Shown here one piece after another: positions 9,921 to 19,778 of a stretch of DNA of 64,000 bases (position 1 is its first letter; every line of letters starts with the position of its first letter). The stretch covers positions 640,001 to 704,000 of the forward strand of contig CAVPLT010000007.1 in assembly GCA_963706325.1 (NCBI GenBank), written 5' to 3'. A model generated the notes under the pieces. That model saw only the letters and a list, made by a program, of their open reading frames with translations, was not told the DNA's origin and ran no database searches. Source of the stretch: an uncultured Nitrospiraceae bacterium (GTDB lineage: Bacteria > Nitrospirota > Nitrospiria > Nitrospirales > Nitrospiraceae). Position numbers and translations under genes: made by a program.

Positions 9921-10838
9921 ATGTTCGAGATTTTGGGGAAGACAAATATCGATTTTATGGGAAAGCGGGCGATCTCGTTTACGCTCTCCGGCATCCTCGC
10001 GTTTCTGGGCATCATTGCAGTAATTCAAATCGCGCGCGGCGCGGCAAATTTGGGAATTGATTTTGCCGGTGGGACGGCGGTGCAACTGAAATTCGATCAA
10101 GCCATAAAGATCGATGAGGCGCGGCACGCATTAGAAGCGAATGGCCTGGGGTCGGCTGAATTGCAGGAATTTACGCAGGACAACAAGCTGCTCATCCGCG
10201 TGAAAGCATCGACGGCGATCGAAGAGAAGATCGCCGAACGGGTGATGGCGGTGTTCAGTAAGGAATTTCCCGGCAACAAGTTTGTGGTCGACTCCAGCAT
10301 GGAAATTGGTCCGACTATCGGAAAGAAGCTCCAGGAAGATGCGCTGATCGCGGTGCTCATTTCATTTGTGGGCATCGTCCTCTACATCGCGGTACGCTTT
10401 GAGTTGCGGTTCGGGATGGCGGCAGCCCTGGCGACGTTCCATGACGTGTTGGCTGTGCTCGGAGTGTTCTATTTGTTGGACAAAGAGATCACCTTGCTGG
10501 TGGTCACGGCCTTGCTGACGTTGGCGGGGTATTCACTCACTGATACGGTGGTGGTATTTGACCGTATCCGTGAGAATCTGCGAACGCGCCGGCGGGAGGA
10601 TGAGGAGACGATCATTAATACGGCTATCAACCAAGTGCTCAGCCGAACCATCGTCACCAGCTTGACCGTGGTCATCGTGCTGATCCCATTAGTGATTGCG
10701 GGTGCCGAGGTCTTGCACGATTTCTCGCTGGCTTTGCTCGGAGGCGTCATGTTCGGGACCTATTCGTCAGTGTTTGTGGCAAGCCCGTTGCTGTTGCTAT
10801 GGCCCAGCAGCGCCGGGGGCCTCATGAAGCGTCGCTAG
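9921..10838 (+). CDS. secF: Protein translocase subunit SecF
   Basis: LGIDFAGG, FHDV, GYSLTDTVVVFDRIRE and GTYSSVFVASP. Confidence 0.97.
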   Translation: MFEILGKTNIDFMGKRAISFTLSGILAFLGIIAVIQIARGAANLGIDFAGGTAVQLKFDQAIKIDEARHALEANGLGSAELQEFTQDNKLLIRVKASTAIEEKIAERVMAVFSKEFPGNKFVVDSSMEIGPTIGKKLQEDALIAVLISFVGIVLYIAVRFELRFGMAAALATFHDVLAVLGVFYLLDKEITLLVVTALLTLAGYSLTDTVVVFDRIRENLRTRRREDEETIINTAINQVLSRTIVTSLTVVIVLIPLVIAGAEVLHDFSLALLGGVMFGTYSSVFVASPLLLLWPSSAGGLMKRR

Positions 10839-10895
10839 GCGTCGGCCTGTTCGGGTCGAAGCCCAAGCCCCACACAGGTGATTTGAGAGGGCTGT

Positions 10896-13800
10896 TTGTC
10901 GGGGCAAATCATACCCATGCTGTTCTGGAGCCGGTCTCACAGTCTCCAGCGTAAAATCATCGCGGCCATCGTGATGGTCGGTCTCCTACCGCTCTGCCTC
11001 TCCCTGATCATGACTTACATCGAAGAGCGCCGGGCGCTGCGAGAAACAATCGGCGCCAATTTTAAAGAGGTGGCCGTCGAAGCCGCCCGACGCATCGAAA
11101 TGCAGGTGACGCGTGGTATCAATGAGGCGCAGCAACTAGCCGCGACGCCCTTCCTTCGCACATCCGTGACCGAATCGAACCGCACTTACGTGGACAAGGA
11201 TGAGAAGGCCATCCAATCCATCATCAAAGCCTGGCAGAAGCGGTGGCGGCAACGGGACAAACAGAGCGAATTTCCGCTGTTCATCAATCGTATCGTCACG
11301 AATTATTTGATTCGATGGCATGACATCCGCAAAGACGACTATGTCGGGATTTTCGTCACCGACAACCGCGGCGCCCTTGTTGTGAGCTCCATTCCGCAGG
11401 TCGAGTATTATTATGGCAAGACCTCCTGGTGGCAGGCCGTCATGAAAGGCGGAATCGGCGCAGTTTTTGTCAGTGACCTGTTCTTCGACCCCGCCTTTGG
11501 GACTCATGTGCTCAATGTGTCCGTGCCGATCCTTGACGATGAGCAGCATGTGGCGATCGGCGCGATCACGATCCTGTTGCGTCGAGATACGTTGTTCCAT
11601 TCGGTATCGGAAGTCACGGTGGGGCAAACGGGCCACGCAATGTTATTCAATTCAGACGGCGTTCCATTGATCTGTCCGGTTCTGTCTCCCGAAGAACATG
11701 CGGTCACGCCTGAGCTGTTGAGCGCCATCAATGCGAGCCATGCCGGCTGGAGTATCGTGGCCAACGATTCACACGGTGGACAAAACTCGATCGTAGGATT
11801 TGCGCCGGTTCGTTTAGGCGATCATCTTACATCGGGCAGTTTGGGAAGTACGCGATGGGTGACGTTCGTACGGCAGGACCCTCACGAGTCCTATGCGCCC
11901 TTGTTGCGGCTTGTCGTTCAGGTGACGGTCTACGGGTTGGGTGTGCTGGGTGTCCTCATGCTGACAGGACTGGCTGTCGCGCGTCGGATCGCCCGCCCGA
12001 TTCGTCTGCTCCAGGAAGGGGTCCAGAGAATTGGTAGCGGTCGGTTGGATCAGCAACTGAATCTTAAGACCGGCGACGAAATCGAGCAATTGGCCGACGC
12101 CTTCAACAATATGGCAATCAATTTGCGTGCGTCATTTGAACAGATTGAGCACCGGATGGAAGATGTCCGCCGATTGGAGGCACGTTACCGCGATCTGATC
12201 GAGCATTCTCCGGAAATGATCTATCAGCTGAACAAGGCCGGACAGTTTGTGCATGTGAACAAAACCGGTCTGGACAAGCTGGGGTATTCGCTGGAAGAGA
12301 TGCTGCAGATGCGGCTCTGGGATCTCGTTCCGAAAGGGCGCGAAACAGAGGTGTTGGGCTATCTGGAGCGCCTGGTTGCGCAGGGACGCAGTACGATTGA
12401 GACGGTGTTTGTTGCAGGAGACGGCCATCCGATCGATGTGGAAATTCATGCGACAGCGCTTTTCGAAAGCGGCGGGGGCCTCGTGCACTCCCGCGCGTTC
12501 GTGCGCGATGTGACGGAACGGCGTCTGCTGGAACAGCAAATCCAGCAGTACACGACTCAGCTCGAACAAGCGGTCAATGAGCGCACACAGCAACTGGTGG
12601 TTTCGCAAGCGCGCTATAAGGCGCTATTCGACTTAGTTGCGGACTCTGTGTTTATGGTGGGCGAAGACGGCCTGATTGTGGCGGTGAATAAGCGGGAAGA
12701 GCAGGCGTTGGGATATTCCGAGCAGCAGGTTGTGGGGAGCAGTATCCTCAATGTGATTGAACCGGTCCACCATGACGCCATGAGATTGATGCTGGAAAAG
12801 ATTCGTGCAGGCGAGTGCCAGGTGCCGACCCAGGAAATGACGGTACGGGACGCCACCGGTAAGGAGACGCCGGTGGAAATGGACCTCATATTGGTGCGCG
12901 GCAGCGACCACACGTGGGTCATGGTTCAGCTTCGTGATATCACCGATCGCAAGCGCCTTGAACGGCAGATGCATACCTATCAGCAGGAGCTGGAAGCGAA
13001 GGTTGCAGAGCGGACTCGCGAGATCGAGGAGACGAAACAATATCTTGAAAACTTGTTAGAAAATGCGAACGACGTCATTTACACGCTCGACAGCGAGCAG
13101 TGTTTTACCTACGTCAACAGCAAGGTCCTGGCGTGGGGCTATGCGAAAGAAGATTTGCTGGGACGGCCGTATTTGGCATTGTTGTCGAAGCGGCATCGGG
13201 GCCGCCGTTTGAAATCGACCTTAGACATCGGCGTTAAACAAGTCTATGAGGTCGAAGTGCTGACCAAGACGGGCGAGCCCCGGTCTGTGATGGTCAGTGT
13301 TTCACCCTTGCATGGTGCCGAGGAAGAGATATTGGGTGTCCTCGGCATCGCGCGTGATATGACGGATACCAAAAAACTGGAACAGCAAATCAGGAACTCC
13401 GAGAAGCTGGCATCAGTGGGAAAACTTGCCGCGGGGGTCGCACATGAGATCAACAATCCACTGGGCGGCATTTTGAACTGCCTGTACAACATGCGAAAGG
13501 GGACCCTCTCGCCCTCTCGGCAGGAGGAGTACTTGGTATCGATGGAGGACGGTTTGAGGCGTGTGCAAAAGATCGTTCGGCAGCTTCTCGACTTTTCGCA
13601 ACAGCACAATCCGGAGTTGGCGCTCGCCGATATCCACCAGGTGATCAAGCAGGTATTGCTGCTGACGGAACACCTGTTGGTGTCCCACCATGTTCGTCTG
13701 GAAACTGCATTGGCCAATGAAGTGCCGGAAATCATGATCGATCGTCATATGATCGAGCAGGTTCTGATGAATCTCATTTTGAATGCCATTCAGGCCATGC

Positions 13801-14093
13801 GGGCCGGCGGGGTACTGGCCATTCGTACCACGGTAGAGAGCGCCAATTGCCTCGTCCACATTCGGGATTCCGGCTGCGGGATTTCCCCGTCAGTGCTTCC
13901 ACGGATCTTCGATCCGTTTTTCACGACGAAGAACGAAGGTGAGGGCACCGGGCTTGGCCTGTCGGTAAGTTTAGGCATTGTGGAACGGCATGGGGGAAAG
14001 ATTTTGGTCGAGAGCGAAGTCGGGAAAGGCACAACATTTACTGTCTCCATTCCGCTCGCGATCGCTCGCTACGCCGGTGGGAGGTTTTCGTGA
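10896..14093 (+). CDS. Sensor histidine kinase (periplasmic Cache domain, HAMP, three PAS domains, HisKA, HATPase)
   Basis: Two TMs flank a periplasmic domain. HAMP GDEIEQLADAFNNM, three PAS/PAC ends (RDVTER, RDITDR, RDMTDTK), H-box AHEINNPL, G boxes DSGCG and GTGLGL. Confidence 0.93.
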   Translation: MSGQIIPMLFWSRSHSLQRKIIAAIVMVGLLPLCLSLIMTYIEERRALRETIGANFKEVAVEAARRIEMQVTRGINEAQQLAATPFLRTSVTESNRTYVDKDEKAIQSIIKAWQKRWRQRDKQSEFPLFINRIVTNYLIRWHDIRKDDYVGIFVTDNRGALVVSSIPQVEYYYGKTSWWQAVMKGGIGAVFVSDLFFDPAFGTHVLNVSVPILDDEQHVAIGAITILLRRDTLFHSVSEVTVGQTGHAMLFNSDGVPLICPVLSPEEHAVTPELLSAINASHAGWSIVANDSHGGQNSIVGFAPVRLGDHLTSGSLGSTRWVTFVRQDPHESYAPLLRLVVQVTVYGLGVLGVLMLTGLAVARRIARPIRLLQEGVQRIGSGRLDQQLNLKTGDEIEQLADAFNNMAINLRASFEQIEHRMEDVRRLEARYRDLIEHSPEMIYQLNKAGQFVHVNKTGLDKLGYSLEEMLQMRLWDLVPKGRETEVLGYLERLVAQGRSTIETVFVAGDGHPIDVEIHATALFESGGGLVHSRAFVRDVTERRLLEQQIQQYTTQLEQAVNERTQQLVVSQARYKALFDLVADSVFMVGEDGLIVAVNKREEQALGYSEQQVVGSSILNVIEPVHHDAMRLMLEKIRAGECQVPTQEMTVRDATGKETPVEMDLILVRGSDHTWVMVQLRDITDRKRLERQMHTYQQELEAKVAERTREIEETKQYLENLLENANDVIYTLDSEQCFTYVNSKVLAWGYAKEDLLGRPYLALLSKRHRGRRLKSTLDIGVKQVYEVEVLTKTGEPRSVMVSVSPLHGAEEEILGVLGIARDMTDTKKLEQQIRNSEKLASVGKLAAGVAHEINNPLGGILNCLYNMRKGTLSPSRQEEYLVSMEDGLRRVQKIVRQLLDFSQQHNPELALADIHQVIKQVLLLTEHLLVSHHVRLETALANEVPEIMIDRHMIEQVLMNLILNAIQAMRAGGVLAIRTTVESANCLVHIRDSGCGISPSVLPRIFDPFFTTKNEGEGTGLGLSVSLGIVERHGGKILVESEVGKGTTFTVSIPLAIARYAGGRFS

Positions 14094-15541
14094 GGGGCCT
14101 CAAGGTACTCATTGTTGACGACGAACCGTTGATGAGACTGTCGATGCTGGATGCCTTGGAAGCCGTTGGGTGCGAGGTGACGGCAGCGGCGACCGGAACA
14201 GAGGGATTGGTGATCCTTGGCACACGGCAATTTGATATCGTGATCACCGATTTACGTCTCCCCGGGGCGGATGGGCTTACAATTTTGAGGGCATCCAAAG
14301 AACGAAGTCCCACGACCGAGGTGATCTTGATTACCGCGCATGGGTCGGTCGATACGGCCGTCGGCGCAATCAATTTGGGCGCATACGATTATATTACCAA
14401 ACCTTTTCAGATGGACGAGTTGCTGCTGATCGTCGAGCGCGTCGGGAAAATTATCGGGCTACGACGTGAAAACATTGAGTTGAAAGAGGTGCTGGAGGGC
14501 CGCTTTAGCTTCAGTGGGATACACGGTTGCAGCCACCACATGCGAGGGCTGTTGGAACGGATCAAGCTGCTTGCGGCCACCGATTCACCAGTGTCAATCA
14601 TTGGGGAGCGTGGGACGGGCAAAGAATTGGTAGCCCATGCCATCCATTTGAATAGTCCGCGACGAAATCAGCCCTTGATTAAGGTCTGTTGTGCAGACCT
14701 TCCCGAAGACCTGATGGAGTCTGAACTCTTTGGCCATGAGAAGGGAGCCATCTCGTCGGCGGTGCGGCAACGGCGAGGGCGGTTCGAACTGGCACACAAG
14801 GGCACATTGCTTCTTGACGATATCGGCTCACTGTCTCTCGCGCTTCAAGCGAAAATTGTGCGTCTGGTTCAGGAAAAGCGGTTCCAGCGTGTCGGTGGTC
14901 GCGAAACGATTGACGTCGATGTTCGAATCATTTCTGCCGCTCAAGAAGATCACCAAGTTGCGGTGACCACGGGACGGTTTCGCCGGGACCTTTACGACTA
15001 TCTCACGGCCGTGCAACTCACCGTCCCGCCTCTGCGTGAGCGGCGAGAGGACGTGTTAATTATCGCCGACCACGTCCTGGAAAATCAGTCGGCGAACCTT
15101 GGCAAGGGGTTAAAGGGGTTCGCTCAGCCCAGTCGCGAGCTGCTTCTGCATTACTCTTTCCCTGGAAATGTGGGTGAGTTGGAGCAAATGGTCGAGCGTG
15201 CGGTTGCCTTGGGGCAAGAAGGGGAGGCGCTGCAACCCTGGAATCTTTGCGGGTTTCAAACCTGCCCCTATCTCGGCGGGTCGCCTCAGGCGGGGTGTGG
15301 TTTCTGTGCTGAGGGACTCTCTGCGGAGACCAAGAAATCATCCGTGGCCGCACAGGTGACCCTGGCGACAGCACGGGAAGCATTTGAGCGAAACTATATT
15401 CTCGAGGTGTTGAAGCAAGTGGAGGGTAATCGCACCAAGGCCGCCAATGTACTGGGCCTGTCCAGAAAAGCCTTATGGGACAAGTGCAAACGGTACGGTC
15501 TCTCCTCTCCCCGAGGCGAGGCGGAGGAGGATGACGAGTAG
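14090..15541 (+). CDS. NtrC-family response regulator (REC-AAA+-Fis HTH) with degenerate sigma54-interaction/ATPase motifs and a Cys4 insert
   Basis: REC VDDE...TDLRLP...KP, Walker A GERGTGKE, GAISSA in place of GAFTGA, HTH GNRTKAANVLGLSRKALW. Overlaps the kinase stop (GTGA). Confidence 0.9.
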   Translation: MRGLKVLIVDDEPLMRLSMLDALEAVGCEVTAAATGTEGLVILGTRQFDIVITDLRLPGADGLTILRASKERSPTTEVILITAHGSVDTAVGAINLGAYDYITKPFQMDELLLIVERVGKIIGLRRENIELKEVLEGRFSFSGIHGCSHHMRGLLERIKLLAATDSPVSIIGERGTGKELVAHAIHLNSPRRNQPLIKVCCADLPEDLMESELFGHEKGAISSAVRQRRGRFELAHKGTLLLDDIGSLSLALQAKIVRLVQEKRFQRVGGRETIDVDVRIISAAQEDHQVAVTTGRFRRDLYDYLTAVQLTVPPLRERREDVLIIADHVLENQSANLGKGLKGFAQPSRELLLHYSFPGNVGELEQMVERAVALGQEGEALQPWNLCGFQTCPYLGGSPQAGCGFCAEGLSAETKKSSVAAQVTLATAREAFERNYILEVLKQVEGNRTKAANVLGLSRKALWDKCKRYGLSSPRGEAEEDDE

Positions 15542-15542
15542 G

Positions 15543-16655
15543 TTATTCCGCCGGTTCTTGCCCGCCTTCCCACAGCTTCACGGTTCGATCCCAAGAGGCG
15601 CTGGCTAAGCGTAATCCGTCAGGTGAGAACGCAATACCGCGAACGGCGCCGGAATGGCTCTTATCGGTTCGAAAGTTGCGGCCCGTGGCAATGTCCCAGA
15701 ACCGGATTGTGCTGTCGTCACCGGCGCTCACGAGCACTTTTCCGTCCGGTGAGACAGCCAATGATCGTACCCAGCCGCCATGCGCCCGCAGAACGCGAAT
15801 TTCGTTCATGGTCGGCATTTCGAAGAAACGGATCGTATTGTCCCGGCTCCCGGTGATCAAGATTTTTGCGTCCGGCGTGAATACCATCGCGCCGATCCAA
15901 AACTCCATGGGTTTCTGGAATCCTCCATCGTCTTCGATGAAGAACCCGCGGGTTTCCGTCGAGTCTTCGGCGGTTTCTTCCCAATGACCGTTGTGCAGAA
16001 TTTTTTCTTCGCCGCTTGGCAATACTTCCCAAATTCTGATCTTGCCGATGTCGGACCCGCTGGCGAGATGCATGCCGTCAGGGGAGAATGCCACACAGAC
16101 CGACCAGTGGTGATCGTATTGATCTTTTCCCAGCAAAGTCATGAGGTCGGTTCCCGTCGTGACTTCCCAGATCTTAATATCCTTATTGTGACTGCCGCGG
16201 GCTAGCATGAGGCCGTCTGGGGAGAGGGAGAGGCTGCAGACATTGTGGTCATAACGTGTGAACAAGAGTTTCGTCGGTTCCCCGGTTTTCGGATTCCAGA
16301 GGCGGATGGTCCGATCCTCACTCCCGGAGGCGAGCGCCCGACCGTCCGGCATGAAGACCAGGGCTCGGATGTCAGCCGTATGGCCACGCAACGAACGCAG
16401 GAGCCGTCCCGTTTCAATATCCCAGAGGCGGACATATCGATCGACGCCTCCGCTGGCAAGGGTTTGGCCGTCGGGAGCATAGGCCACAGTCCACACCCCA
16501 TGGGAATGCCCTCGAAACGTCTTGAGTTCCCGCAGACCCGCCTTCCAATATTCTAAATGATCGATGGTTGGCGCCGTGGTCGATGAAGATCCTCCCTGGC
16601 TAGGCAACGGTCCTGCGGAAGGAGTCGTGGGGGGCGCGGTGATGTGATTGCTCAT
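15543..16655 (-). CDS. WD40-repeat (beta-propeller) protein
   Basis: About seven GH...V..A(F/Y)SPDG..LASG..D..(I/V)RLWD repeats. Confidence 0.92.
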   Translation of the reverse strand: MSNHITAPPTTPSAGPLPSQGGSSSTTAPTIDHLEYWKAGLRELKTFRGHSHGVWTVAYAPDGQTLASGGVDRYVRLWDIETGRLLRSLRGHTADIRALVFMPDGRALASGSEDRTIRLWNPKTGEPTKLLFTRYDHNVCSLSLSPDGLMLARGSHNKDIKIWEVTTGTDLMTLLGKDQYDHHWSVCVAFSPDGMHLASGSDIGKIRIWEVLPSGEEKILHNGHWEETAEDSTETRGFFIEDDGGFQKPMEFWIGAMVFTPDAKILITGSRDNTIRFFEMPTMNEIRVLRAHGGWVRSLAVSPDGKVLVSAGDDSTIRFWDIATGRNFRTDKSHSGAVRGIAFSPDGLRLASASWDRTVKLWEGGQEPAE

Positions 16656-16716
16656 AAAGCCTGTGCCTCGTCTCTGGTCTGAGCGGGGCTACCGGCCCCT
16701 GCTTACCCTCAACGGT

Positions 16717-16794
16717 TTGCAAAAATCGCCAAGGGGTTTGTATAATCGGCGGTCGTTTTCGATGATCGTAAGAGAAGGACCGGGAGCAAGTCAA
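16717..16794. promoter_or_regulatory. Overlapping divergent sigma70-like promoters
   Basis: + strand TTGCAA(16717)-18-TATAAT(16741). - strand TTGACT(16794-16789)-18-TACGAT(16770-16765). Confidence 0.5.
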
Positions 16795-16849
16795 GCGCAG
16801 TGCTCGCGCGCGTTCTTCCCCTTCAGTGAACCAGAACATGTGAGGTCTT

Positions 16850-17881
16850 ATGGCAACCGGAGTAGAAGTATCCAAGCCGTCGATGGAGATCCGTTTTCAG
16901 CCGGCCTTACTGCAGGAGGTGATCGACTCCTTCATTGAAAAGACGGAACGGGAAGGGGATCCTACCTATTATAAAGAGTTTCATGAGCTGGCCGATCCGA
17001 TCTATGAGAAATTCACGCTCGATGATCGCGAAGCAGAGTTCAAGAAGCTGTATCAGTATTTGTTCGGAATCTGGGGTTTTTCCGATATTATCCGCGACGC
17101 CTTCAACGAGTTTCCTGAATTGAAGCAGCGTGTTGGCGTAGTGCTGGTCAAAGGTGTACTGAAGGAAGATCAGGAAGGGGTCGATGTGCTGCGGAAGTGG
17201 GGCTCCGTCGAACACGACCTGGCCAAGCAATTCGAGGAAAAGGGCTTGAAGGGAGTCGGCATCAAGTTGATTCCAAGACGGTTCTATGATCCGGCCCTCA
17301 CGCGCTACTGTCGGCATGAGCTCATGCACATCCATGACATGCTTGATCCCACCTTTGGATACGACCCTGATACCAGGGTCGGGCAAAACCCCGGTGAAGA
17401 AACCCTGATTCTGCATCGTTATCGGATTCTTTGGAATATCAGCGTCGACAGTCGGCTGATCGTGATGGGCAAAGAGCCCATGTTGTCGAAAGAGGATCGG
17501 TTCAAAGAATTTCGGTCATGGTACAGAAAAATCCCGCCCGCCCAATTGAAATCGGTGTTTGAAGGTCTCTGGCAGACCAGCTATTTCACGCACTCAGAAT
17601 TGGTTGAAATGGCGACAGACACGCTGCGCATTTTGGATCGCGCGGTGGACGTCGAGGGAGGAGAAGTCCCGGAGACCAACACAAAAGTCATGCTCATGCC
17701 GGGATTTCCTTGTCCATTGTGCCGCTTCCCCACCTATTCATGGGTGGAAGACATGGAAACCAAGCTGGAAGGATACATCCTGGACTTCATCCGCGAGAAC
17801 CATCCGGGGTGGGATGTCGAGTATGGCGCCTGCGATCGTTGCGTGGAAGTGTACAAGTTGCGCGCTGATGGTGTGATGTAG
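16850..17881 (+). CDS. Uncharacterised protein with zincin-like HExxH motif and C-terminal CxxC...CxxC
   Basis: RHELMHIHD, WNISVDSRL, CPLCRFP and CDRC. 343 aa, no signal peptide. Confidence 0.8.
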   Translation: MATGVEVSKPSMEIRFQPALLQEVIDSFIEKTEREGDPTYYKEFHELADPIYEKFTLDDREAEFKKLYQYLFGIWGFSDIIRDAFNEFPELKQRVGVVLVKGVLKEDQEGVDVLRKWGSVEHDLAKQFEEKGLKGVGIKLIPRRFYDPALTRYCRHELMHIHDMLDPTFGYDPDTRVGQNPGEETLILHRYRILWNISVDSRLIVMGKEPMLSKEDRFKEFRSWYRKIPPAQLKSVFEGLWQTSYFTHSELVEMATDTLRILDRAVDVEGGEVPETNTKVMLMPGFPCPLCRFPTYSWVEDMETKLEGYILDFIRENHPGWDVEYGACDRCVEVYKLRADGVM

Positions 17882-17893
17882 TCGGAGACTATT

Positions 17894-18496
17894 GTGGCCG
17901 GTGATCCGAAATACGGGCGTCGAGATTTTTTAAAAGACTCCGTGGTCTCGGTGGCTAAGGCGGCTCGTGAGTTTGCCGCCTATAAAGATGCCCCCCGTGA
18001 GCTGCCTGCGGCTCCGTTACGGACGGATTGGCTACGTCCTCCGGGTGCGGTCGATGAAGTAACGTTCCTGGAGCAGTGCACGCGTTGCAGCGACTGCATG
18101 AAAGCCTGCCCACCAGGGGCGATCGTGAGCGATGTAGCGAACGGCAGTCCGATAATTTTCTCGGATCAAGTAGCGTGCGAATTGTGTGACGATTTTCCTT
18201 GTATCGCAGCCTGTGCAACGGAGGCTCTCCTCCCAGTCACAGATTGTCTCGACGTGCGGATGGGTGTGGCGACCGTATCGCACCGCGTGTGCACGGCGGG
18301 TCAAGGTTGTCATGCCTGCGTGTCGAAGTGCCCCGTCGAGGCGCTGTCGATGGATTTCAACGCCTTGCATTTGGTGGTGGCTCAAGACCGTTGTGTCGGA
18401 TGTGGAATGTGTGAACAGATTTGCAAGACCGTGAATGATCGTATTGCGATCAAGGTGGTACCGGCGCGAAACCTTGCTGCCGGCGCTCTTGGGTAG
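17894..18496 (+). CDS. NapF/NapG/MauM-type polyferredoxin (four [4Fe-4S] motifs)
   Basis: GRRDFLK, LRPPGA, CTRCSDCMKAC, CELCDDFPCIAAC, CTAGQGCHACVSKC and CVGCGMCEQIC. Confidence 0.9.
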   Translation: MAGDPKYGRRDFLKDSVVSVAKAAREFAAYKDAPRELPAAPLRTDWLRPPGAVDEVTFLEQCTRCSDCMKACPPGAIVSDVANGSPIIFSDQVACELCDDFPCIAACATEALLPVTDCLDVRMGVATVSHRVCTAGQGCHACVSKCPVEALSMDFNALHLVVAQDRCVGCGMCEQICKTVNDRIAIKVVPARNLAAGALG

Positions 18497-18589
18497 TCGT
18501 CCGTCAAACCTGTGTGAAAGATGAAGAACGTCAAGGAAATGATTGAAACGTCGGCACGTATGGCGATGAAAATGGAAGAGAGTTCATGC

Positions 18590-18618
18590 TTGACATCCCT
18601 CCTTCCTTTACCTATCAT
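18590..18618 (+). promoter_or_regulatory. sigma70 promoter for the chaperone-nxrC transcript
   Basis: TTGACA(18590)-17 bp-TATCAT(18613). Confidence 0.7.
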
Positions 18619-18701
18619 ACGCCTCCTGTGCCGCAGGACTCAGATGTTGCGTAGTATGCGTAGAAAATGCGCAACATGTTGAGGTGAGGAGCAATAAACG
18701 T

Positions 18702-19679
18702 ATGACATCGAAACAAGTCGTGCAGCCCACCTCCGCCTCCTCTACCGCAGTCGCTCCCCCGCAGACTGTCGCTATCAAAGATTCGCCAGCCGTTGAACGA
18801 GCTCTTAATCGCAGCAAAATATATCTTCTATTCTCATGGAGCCTCTTGTATCCGGAGGATGAAGAGTTTCTTGATTACCTCCAGTGCGGTGAATTCGTTG
18901 AGGATGGACGGGCAGCGCTGGAAGGCCTGCGCGTGGCGCTAGACGGCATGGGTGGTGACCGCGCAGTTCAGAAAATTGCGTTGATGAAGAAACAGTTCGA
19001 CCACATCGAGAAGCTGGTCGCCGCCGAATGTGTCAACTGGCAGATCGGTGACCTCCAGACTGAGCACCGTCGGGTGTTTACCAATGTCATTACACTCGAT
19101 TGTCCGCCGTATGAAACTCTTTTCGGAAATGATCACGTCTTCGCGCAATCCCATGTCATGGGCGACATTGCCGGTTTTTACAAGGCATTCGGGGTCGAGC
19201 TGTCCAAGGATGTTCACGAACGTCTGGACCACCTGAGCGTCGAACTCGAGTTCATGCATTTTTTGACCTATAAGGAATCATATTCGCGTTGTCATGATGG
19301 CATGGATAAGACCGACATCGTGGTCGATGCGCAAAAGAAATTTATCAGAAATCATATCGGCCGTTGGGTGCCTTTGTTCTGTCGGATGTTGGCGAAGAAG
19401 TCTGATGACGGGTTGTTCAAATTGATCGCCGATTGTATGTCGGAGTGGATGGATTTTGAGGTCGCCTTTCTCGGAGTCCCTGTGCAGCCGTACTCCGAGA
19501 CGGATTACAGACCAGCTACCTTCAATGCTCCGGAAGGTCAAACCTACGAGTGTGGGGCGCAGGACAAAGGAAATGAGCTCAGTATGTTACTGAGCGAGGT
19601 TGGGGCCGAGTCCTTCATGGACCATAAGGCGAAAGAGAAGGACGGTGAAAAGGATGAAGGCCCTGTCGGAACTGCGTAG
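18702..19679 (+). CDS. TorD/DmsD-family molybdoenzyme maturation chaperone
   Basis: CPPYET, IAGFYKAFG, ERLDHLSVELEFM and FIRNHIGRWVP motifs. RBS GAGGAG before ATG 18702. Confidence 0.88.
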   Translation: MTSKQVVQPTSASSTAVAPPQTVAIKDSPAVERALNRSKIYLLFSWSLLYPEDEEFLDYLQCGEFVEDGRAALEGLRVALDGMGGDRAVQKIALMKKQFDHIEKLVAAECVNWQIGDLQTEHRRVFTNVITLDCPPYETLFGNDHVFAQSHVMGDIAGFYKAFGVELSKDVHERLDHLSVELEFMHFLTYKESYSRCHDGMDKTDIVVDAQKKFIRNHIGRWVPLFCRMLAKKSDDGLFKLIADCMSEWMDFEVAFLGVPVQPYSETDYRPATFNAPEGQTYECGAQDKGNELSMLLSEVGAESFMDHKAKEKDGEKDEGPVGTA

Positions 19680-19778
19680 GGGTTCTTGGTTTGCGGGCAG
19701 TGTGGGATTCAGGTTTCGGTAGATGTTATAAGTTTTCCGTTCTTTTTCTTATTAATCTTTCAGAGGAGGGCATACGCA

